Assembly: GCA_000992165.1 (NCBI GenBank)
Contig: LBTS01000026.1
Location: 1 to 38,657 of the forward strand
Length of the DNA stretch: 38,657 bases
Origin: Candidatus Moranbacteria bacterium GW2011_GWC2_37_8
GTDB taxonomy: Bacteria; Patescibacteriota; Minisyncoccia; Moranbacterales; GWC2-37-73
Reading direction: 5' to 3'
Part shown: positions 32,511-38,657 of the stretch, piece after piece
Position numbering within the stretch: position 1 is the stretch's first letter
Layout: each line of letters opens with the position of its first letter
Program-made: the position numbers and the translations under genes
Notes under the pieces: generated by a model
Database searches by the model: none
What the model was told of the DNA's origin: nothing
Seen by the model: only the letters and a program-made list of their open reading frames with translations

Positions 32511-32540
32511 TATCTATTTTTATGTTTGTATGTTTGTATG
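32511..32540. repeat. Tandem TATGTTTG octamers ((CAAACATA)3 on the mRNA strand) abutting the kinase start codon
   Basis: TTATGTTTGTATGTTTGTATGTTTTTATG fills the eno-kinase gap. No inverted arm. Confidence 0.7.
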
Positions 32541-32543
32541 TTT

Positions 32544-33845
32544 TTATGCCTTGCTAATTTCTTTTTCAATCTTCATTAATCTGTTGTATTTGCAAAGTCG
32601 TTCTCCGCGTGAAAGTGAACCAGATTTAATAAATTCAGCTGCAGTTCCAGCCGCAAGATCAGCAATGAAATCATCAGTTGTTTCGCCGCTGCGATGAGAA
32701 ATCATAATTTTAAGATTATTTTTCTTTGCTAATCGGATGCAATTTAAGGTTTCAGTAAGACTACCGATTTGATTAACCTTAATAAGAACAGCATTGCAAG
32801 CCTTTTCCTTAATTGCACGCTCAACTCTTTTAACATTCGTTACCAATAAATCATCCCCAACTAACAAATTTTCATTCAAAACTTCTTTAGGCACTCCCAC
32901 AGCAATTGGTTTTTTTGCAATTTTTTCAGTCATTTGCGCCCAACCTTCCCAATCATCTTCAGCTAAACCATCCTCGATTGAAACTATATGATATTTATCA
33001 ATCCATTCTCGATAGATATTAACCAGCTGTTCGCGCTCCAACAAAACTCCTTCTGGCTTAAAGACGTAATTTTTTTCTTCTTCATCATAAAAACTACTGG
33101 CTGCCGCATCAATACCCAGGTTAACTTGAGTTCCAAGTTCATATCCACACTTCGAAATGGCCTGATTAATAAGCTCAAGCGCATGAGTATTACTTTCCAA
33201 TTTTGGTGAAAATCCACCTTCATCGCCAACACCACTGCTATGATTTGCTGCTTCCAGAATTTTTTTCAAAGTGTGAAAAATTTCACTTCCAGCCCTAAGT
33301 TGCTCAGCAAAACTCTTAATTCCAGTCGGAATAACTTTAAATTCCTGAATGCTTAATCCGCTATCGCTGTGCTTTCCCCCATTTAAAACATTAAACATCG
33401 GAACTGGAATTTTAGGATCAACATTTAATCCTGAAATTTCATTAATGTACTGATAAAGTGGAATTTTCTTGGATAGAGCCACGGCTCGACATATTGCCAA
33501 TGAAACTCCAAGAATTGCATTTGCTCCTAAGTTAGATTTGTTTTCTGTTCCATCCAATTCCAACATCAATTCATCAATTTCAAATTGTTTACTCGCATCC
33601 TTTCCAATCAAAAGTTCTCTGATTGAAGTATTGATATTATTTATCGCTTTCAAGACGCCCAACCCGCCATAACGCGATTCATCACCATCGCGAAGCTCCA
33701 AAGCTTCGAATTTTCCAGTTGAAGCCCCAGATGGTACAGCAGCAACAGCCCTTGTCCCATCACTCAAAACCACTTCTACTTCAACGGTAGGATTACCTCT
33801 TGAATCTAAAATCTCTCTTGCTTCTAATTCTGAAATCTTGAACAT
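32544..33845 (-). CDS. eno: Enolase
   Basis: 433 aa. ILDSRGNPTVEVEV, SGETTD and LLIKVNQIG-like (VLIKVNQIGSLTE) motifs. Confidence 0.96.
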   Translation of the reverse strand: MFKISELEAREILDSRGNPTVEVEVVLSDGTRAVAAVPSGASTGKFEALELRDGDESRYGGLGVLKAINNINTSIRELLIGKDASKQFEIDELMLELDGTENKSNLGANAILGVSLAICRAVALSKKIPLYQYINEISGLNVDPKIPVPMFNVLNGGKHSDSGLSIQEFKVIPTGIKSFAEQLRAGSEIFHTLKKILEAANHSSGVGDEGGFSPKLESNTHALELINQAISKCGYELGTQVNLGIDAAASSFYDEEEKNYVFKPEGVLLEREQLVNIYREWIDKYHIVSIEDGLAEDDWEGWAQMTEKIAKKPIAVGVPKEVLNENLLVGDDLLVTNVKRVERAIKEKACNAVLIKVNQIGSLTETLNCIRLAKKNNLKIMISHRSGETTDDFIADLAAGTAAEFIKSGSLSRGERLCKYNRLMKIEKEISKA

Positions 33846-33888
33846 ATATTTTTACCTTATTGAATAAATTATAAACAAACCTATAGCA

Positions 33889-34500
33889 TCACATCCCCCT
33901 TATCCAAATAAATATTTGCTGCAACGGATTGATTGAAACGAGTACGATCAAAAGCAGCATGTAGTAAACGGTGAGATATTTAAGCGTTGTAAAATATTGA
34001 TGATGAGTTGAAAATTCTTGACCCAAATTTTTCTGCATAAACTTCCATGATGATAAAATAAATTTGCAATGGATTATTGCTATTACGGCAATCGACATTA
34101 TAAGCAGAATAAAAGCAGTTGAAATCTGACTTCCATATAAAAAGAAAGTTCCGAAGAAAAACAATGGCAAAATCCAAAAAGTTTCCTTATCCCAAAAATC
34201 ATCATCCCTATTAAAATTAACAAAACTTGAAAAGTACAAGTGTGGAATTGAAACAAAATTTATCACCAACCCAATAGAAAAAACCAAAACAGTTACCCAA
34301 CTATATACTCCAAAATAATTTCCCGGAGCCAACACATTAAGATTATTCAAAAGAATCAAAATAAATCCAATATACAGCAAAGTTTGAGAAAAATACAAAC
34401 CCACCAACGATCGCATACTTGTTCTTCTGAGCGTATACAATGGTTGCTGCTGCTCATTGCAAACATCTAAATTTCCATCCTTAAATTCAGGACTATTCAT
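33889..34500 (-). CDS. Multi-pass membrane protein, function unknown
   Basis: 203 aa with about 5 TM segments. ATG start. Confidence 0.6.
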   Translation of the reverse strand: MNSPEFKDGNLDVCNEQQQPLYTLRRTSMRSLVGLYFSQTLLYIGFILILLNNLNVLAPGNYFGVYSWVTVLVFSIGLVINFVSIPHLYFSSFVNFNRDDDFWDKETFWILPLFFFGTFFLYGSQISTAFILLIMSIAVIAIIHCKFILSSWKFMQKNLGQEFSTHHQYFTTLKYLTVYYMLLLIVLVSINPLQQIFIWIRGM

Positions 34501-34573
34501 ATTTATTTTTTGTGTACTTAATACACTCAGTATACCATACGAAAAAATATATTAGAATAGTTCCTTAATTTTA

Positions 34574-35623
34574 TTATTCGACTACCCGCAAAGATTCGAT
34601 TCCAGGCATATGATTTCCACTTAAATATTCAAGCATGGCGCCACCTCCAGTTGATACAAATGAAACCTTATCCATCAGATTATTCTCTTCCAAAACCTGC
34701 ACTGATTCACCACCTCCGATCAAGGTAAAGGCATCGCTTTCAATAATAGCATCTAAAATTTCCTTAGTTCCGCAATCATATGGCTTTTCTTCAAACTTAC
34801 CCATAGGGCCATTCCAAACAACTACTTTTGATACAGCGATAATATCTTTAAATCTAGCAATAGTTTTCGGACCTATATCCAAACGATCAATGGCAAAATC
34901 CATTGGCAAGATAACTTTTGAGGAAAATTCTGTTTTTTGATCTATCGCCTCATTTGCTATTTTTCCACCTACTAGAATATGAGCATATGTTTGCTCAAAT
35001 TTATTAATCAATGGCAACTTAGTTTCAATTTTCGCACCTCCAATAATAGCCGTGGCTGGCTGAAGAGGCTCATGGATAACCTTGTTAAGATTTTTTATTT
35101 CCTCTTGAAGCCAAAGACCAGCAAAGCTCGGGAGAAACTTTGTCACCCCAGTCACCGAAGCTTGATCGCGATGACAAACACTAAATGCATCATTCACAAA
35201 TACGTCAAAATTCTCTGCCAATTGTTTAGCAAATTCAGCATCATTAACTTCTTCCTCACTGTGAAATCTTACATTTTCCAATAAAAGAATTTCTCCTTCT
35301 TGAAGCTTTTCCAAAGATTTGGCAACTTTTTCACCTATACATTCATCGATAAACACAATTTTTTTATTTAATATCTTCTCCAATTCTTCCTTGATCTGGC
35401 CTAATGAAAATTCAAGATTGACTTTTCCATCTGGCCTCCCCAGATGAGACATTAAAGCGACCTTAGCGCCCTGCTGCCCAGATAAATGATCAACAGATTT
35501 TTTGCAGGCTTCCAATTTGTAATGTTCTTGAATTTTACCATCCACTATCGCCACATTGAAATCAGCTCTCACTAAAACCTTCTTACTAAGAAATACTCCT
35601 TCTTGAATTTTTTTAATATTCAT
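34574..35623 (-). CDS. pgk: Phosphoglycerate kinase (compact, 349 aa)
   Basis: VLVRADFNV, MSHLGRP, AIIGGAKI, STGGGAMLEYL motifs. Confidence 0.93.
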   Translation of the reverse strand: MNIKKIQEGVFLSKKVLVRADFNVAIVDGKIQEHYKLEACKKSVDHLSGQQGAKVALMSHLGRPDGKVNLEFSLGQIKEELEKILNKKIVFIDECIGEKVAKSLEKLQEGEILLLENVRFHSEEEVNDAEFAKQLAENFDVFVNDAFSVCHRDQASVTGVTKFLPSFAGLWLQEEIKNLNKVIHEPLQPATAIIGGAKIETKLPLINKFEQTYAHILVGGKIANEAIDQKTEFSSKVILPMDFAIDRLDIGPKTIARFKDIIAVSKVVVWNGPMGKFEEKPYDCGTKEILDAIIESDAFTLIGGGESVQVLEENNLMDKVSFVSTGGGAMLEYLSGNHMPGIESLRVVE

Positions 35624-35766
35624 ATTTAGATTGGCATATAACTGATAACTTGCAACTGATAACCAAAAATATCGAGTTTGTTTCTTGCTATATTGTTATC
35701 AGCTATATATTGCTAGTTATATATTATATATTATATGTTATATGTTATAAGTTATATGTTATTTAT
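35624..35766. repeat. ATAAC/GTTAT word arrays and TATATGTTA tandem repeats (mraY-pgk gap)
   Basis: CTGATAAC (twice, left) pairs with GTTATCAG (right). Right end is TATATATTATATATTATATGTTATATGTTATAAGTTATATGTTAT. Confidence 0.65.
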
Positions 35767-36867
35767 TTATCTTCCCATTCCAAAAATTGCAATCACAACT
35801 CCCATAAGAGCTGTAACCATTGTAAAAATCCAGGCACGCATAACAATTTTACATTCCGGCCATCCCTTAGCTTCAAAATGATGATGCAGGGGTGCCGCTA
35901 AGAAAACTTTACGATGAAAATATTTTTTACTTAAGAGTTGAATTGTCACACTGCCTGATTCCAACACATATACAAGCACTATCAAAAACAAAACCACAGC
36001 TGAATTTGTAAGCATTGCAACGACGCCAAGAGTTGTGCCTAATGACATCGCTCCAGTATCCCCCATCATAAAGCGAGCTGGCTGTATATTGAACCACAGA
36101 AAGGCTAGGATCACGCCTGACATAGCTGCGCAAAAAGCTGAAAGATTAACTTTATTTTGAAAAAATGCGATGATTGCAAAGGAAAAAAAGGCCAGCAATA
36201 AAACCCCGCCATTAAGACCATCGAGTCCATCTGTTTCATTTGAAGAAACTGCAGCAAATAAAATTACGAAAATAAAAAGAGGAATATACCAAAGACCGAT
36301 TGAAAAATCTCCAAAAGCCGGGATATGCAAAACATCCCAACCTAATTTGTAGTAAAACCAAAATCCGCCAGCTGTCGCAATAGCAATTAGCCAGCCGAAA
36401 CGCATCGCAAAACGCATTCCGCCGCCCTTATTTTTCCCCCAACCTCGCACACTCATAACATCATCAAAAAGTCCCAAAACTCCAGCTGAAGCCAGCGCGA
36501 AAAGAGGAAGCCATACTTCCTTACGGCTCAAAAAATCGAGTCTGGCCAAAAAATTCATATCAAAAAGTTTTCCAAAAAACGGGAAAAGGAAATGGGAAGA
36601 GAAGGCCAATATGATAATAGAAATCCACATTATTACTCCACCCATCGTAGGTGTTCCAGATTTATGAGCATGTAAGCTGCTGACAAATTTCAGCTTCTCT
36701 CCGTTTACATCACTGCTTTTAATCTTAATACCGAGTTTATATTTATAAAGTAAATGCGTCCAAAGTGGAGTAATCGCAAAAGCCAAAATGAATGCAATCA
36801 GCCCAGTACTAAGAACCTTGAGAACATTAACTACTTCTGGAATTGTTTGAATTTGTGCAAATTGCAT
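35767..36867 (-). CDS. mraY: Phospho-N-acetylmuramoyl-pentapeptide transferase
   Basis: 366 aa, ~10 TM. GTPTMGG, NETDGLDGL and HHHFE motifs. Confidence 0.95.
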   Translation of the reverse strand: MQFAQIQTIPEVVNVLKVLSTGLIAFILAFAITPLWTHLLYKYKLGIKIKSSDVNGEKLKFVSSLHAHKSGTPTMGGVIMWISIIILAFSSHFLFPFFGKLFDMNFLARLDFLSRKEVWLPLFALASAGVLGLFDDVMSVRGWGKNKGGGMRFAMRFGWLIAIATAGGFWFYYKLGWDVLHIPAFGDFSIGLWYIPLFIFVILFAAVSSNETDGLDGLNGGVLLLAFFSFAIIAFFQNKVNLSAFCAAMSGVILAFLWFNIQPARFMMGDTGAMSLGTTLGVVAMLTNSAVVLFLIVLVYVLESGSVTIQLLSKKYFHRKVFLAAPLHHHFEAKGWPECKIVMRAWIFTMVTALMGVVIAIFGMGR

Positions 36868-36969
36868 TTGATTAAATCACTAATCAACACTAATTAACCA
36901 CTAATTTTCACTAATAATTTATTTGTGCTGATTCGTGAGTATTTTTATTTGTGATTATTCGTGACTTGG
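36868..36969. repeat. Inverted arrays of CACTAAT / ATT(C/T)GTG words (second locus of this word family)
   Basis: Left AATCACTAATCAACACTAATTAACCACTAATTTTCACTAATAA. Right TTATTTGTGCTGATTCGTGAGTATTTTTATTTGTGATTATTCGTGAC. Confidence 0.65.
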
Positions 36970-38004
36970 CTATTGCCAAGTATAAGCTTTGAATGTCCAA
37001 TCAATTGCAGTGCGGATATCTTGCCAACGATGACTGTCATCCAATAAAACTGCAATGATTCGATGTTTACCAGTTGGGTCAGTAGCTCCCATGAGAAGTG
37101 AGTATCCAGCCAGTGGCGTAAAGCCAGTTTTTCCGCCTATAACATCTGGGACTTCATTAAGAATAAGATCAGTATTTAAAATCGTATGAACAAGGTTCCC
37201 ATCCATTGAAGCAACTTTGGTATTACTTGGCTGCCTAAAAACTTTCCAGATATAATCGTAGCGCATCGAGTAAGCAGCGATTCTTCCGATATCATATGCG
37301 GAAGAATAACATTCAGATTCTCGTCCATCAATTTCCAAGCCTGAAGCTGTGCAGAAATGAGTATTAGATAATCCAAGTTGCTTGGCTTTTAAATTCATGA
37401 CCTCGGCAAAAGACTCCTGAGTCCCTGACATATGTTTAGCTAGTGCAATTGCCGCATCATTAGCACTGTTCATTAGCATTGCTTGCAATAAATTGCGAGC
37501 TGAAATTTTTTCATCAATTTTTAATCGCTGACTAATGCAATAACCACTTCGAGGGCATCCTACTTTAGTACCTTCAATATATACTTCTTCTTCTCCAATA
37601 GTGACCGCCTCATCAAGATCCTTTATTTTTTCCATTGCTAATGTAGCAGTCATCATTTTAGTTAATGATGCTATTTGTCTCTCATCCGTTGGATGATTAC
37701 CTGCTAAAAGCTCTCCAGTGTCAGCATCAATGATTGCAAATGCATGCGCATTCGGAAGCACTAAATTAGAAACATTCTCATTTCTAACGGTCTTATATTT
37801 AGGATTATCCACTGCTTGAGCCTTCAGCTTAATAGGTTCAGGTATCTTTTGAATTTCTGTGCCTTTTACTGAACCTTGAACAGCAGTTTCAATCCCATAT
37901 CCATCAGCCTGCACAAATCTGCCACTCGAAAGACCCTCATGAAAAAGCAAAAGGGAATTAAGCGGAAACGCAATAATCATTAAAATGGTTGCCCCTATAC
38001 CCAT
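36970..38004 (-). CDS. D-alanyl-D-alanine carboxypeptidase (S11, PBP5-like), membrane-anchored
   Basis: SLTK (SxxK), SAN (SxN) and KTGFT (KTG) motifs. N-terminal TM segment. Confidence 0.88.
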   Translation of the reverse strand: MGIGATILMIIAFPLNSLLLFHEGLSSGRFVQADGYGIETAVQGSVKGTEIQKIPEPIKLKAQAVDNPKYKTVRNENVSNLVLPNAHAFAIIDADTGELLAGNHPTDERQIASLTKMMTATLAMEKIKDLDEAVTIGEEEVYIEGTKVGCPRSGYCISQRLKIDEKISARNLLQAMLMNSANDAAIALAKHMSGTQESFAEVMNLKAKQLGLSNTHFCTASGLEIDGRESECYSSAYDIGRIAAYSMRYDYIWKVFRQPSNTKVASMDGNLVHTILNTDLILNEVPDVIGGKTGFTPLAGYSLLMGATDPTGKHRIIAVLLDDSHRWQDIRTAIDWTFKAYTWQ

Positions 38005-38082
38005 ATTTATATAAAATTTTCAATTTATAATTTTCAATTTTCATTGAATGTTCAGCTTTTTATCCACCAACCGTTAGCTAAA

Positions 38083-38655
38083 CTAATGTTGATTTTGATC
38101 ACTTGAGTCGTTGCTTTCAATAATAGAATTAATCCTACTATCTACTGATAGTGTAGCATATTCTGGCAGATTTTTCACATCATTAATTCCAAGCTTCTTA
38201 AGAAAATCAAAAGAGATAGCATAAACATATCCACGGTTATCACGTGGGTTGTCGTTTCGTTCAATAAGTCCGCGCAATAGAAGATTTCTTAAGGTATAAG
38301 AACAGTTTACTCCGCGAATTTGTTCAATCTCAGCTTTTGAAATAGGACCTCGATAAGCAATGATCGAAATAACCTCCATAGCTGAACCTGAAAGAGAATC
38401 CGTGAGTTCACTTTTTACCAATCCCTCAACGAATTCAGTGTTTTCAGATTTCGCAGCAAGCTGAACTTCCTCGCCTTTTCGCAAAAGCATCAAGCCACTT
38501 TCAGATTGAGTATATTTTTCACCCAGAGCATCTATAGCTTTTTCAACATCCTCAATTTTAGATGATATTATTTTTACCAATTTTGCCAATTTAACTGGCT
38601 CACCGCTTACAAATAAAATGCTCTCAATAATTGATTGTAATTTTTCAATTTCCAT
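38083..38655 (-). CDS. scpB: Segregation and condensation protein B
   Basis: 190 aa. IESILFVSGEPV...IAYRGPISKAEIEQIRGV...LLLRGLI, twin winged-helix pattern. The ATG is 2 nt from the window end. Confidence 0.88.
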   Translation of the reverse strand: MEIEKLQSIIESILFVSGEPVKLAKLVKIISSKIEDVEKAIDALGEKYTQSESGLMLLRKGEEVQLAAKSENTEFVEGLVKSELTDSLSGSAMEVISIIAYRGPISKAEIEQIRGVNCSYTLRNLLLRGLIERNDNPRDNRGYVYAISFDFLKKLGINDVKNLPEYATLSVDSRINSIIESNDSSDQNQH

Positions 38656-38657
38656 AC

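Overview
AT-rich (~33-35% GC by eye), gene-dense chromosomal segment of a reduced-genome bacterium. The 16S 5' end, small proteins, weak Shine-Dalgarno (SD) usage and many Nudix/HD salvage genes suggest a CPR/Patescibacteria (Parcubacteria-like) organism, but this is inference. Standard genetic code. About 34 of 39 genes are on the minus strand.

Content, left to right:
- 5' end of a 16S rRNA gene and its long leader.
- A small accessory block: TIM-barrel sugar isomerase-like, GH1 beta-glucosidase, Bro-N protein, Nudix, DUF218-like, HD.
- serS, then a divergent Ser-rich mini-ORF with a terminator, followed by a large HD-domain protein.
- An unclassified promoter-to-terminator bounded RNA.
- A 10-gene lysS-led operon rich in nucleotide-handling enzymes.
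- greA, rseP, frr, a BNR-repeat lipoprotein, tRNA-Lys(UUU), a PEGA/beta-propeller protein and an orphan gene.
- A contiguous infA-rpmJ-rpsM-rpsK-rpsD-rpoA-rplQ-rplM-rpsI block.
- ftsA plus an unknown membrane protein.
- PfkB kinase, eno, pgk, mraY, a D-Ala-D-Ala carboxypeptidase and scpB.

No CRISPR array, transposase, integrase, reverse transcriptase or recognisable defence gene was seen.

The most unusual signal is non-coding. Almost every intercistronic gap is filled by inverted arrays of 7-8 nt tandem words. One clear family has seven copies built from TAGCTTTT octamers and abuts start codons, including inside the ribosomal-protein operon. Other non-coding items:
- a GTCATTCC...GGAATCC REP/MITE-like family;
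- a MITE-like insertion that duplicates the -35 box of the greA promoter;
- a ~390 bp GC-rich doubly palindromic island;
- a ~280 nt RNA with a tRNA-like T-arm that I could not assign to a known class.

All calls come from reading the sequence and from motif memory. No searches were run.
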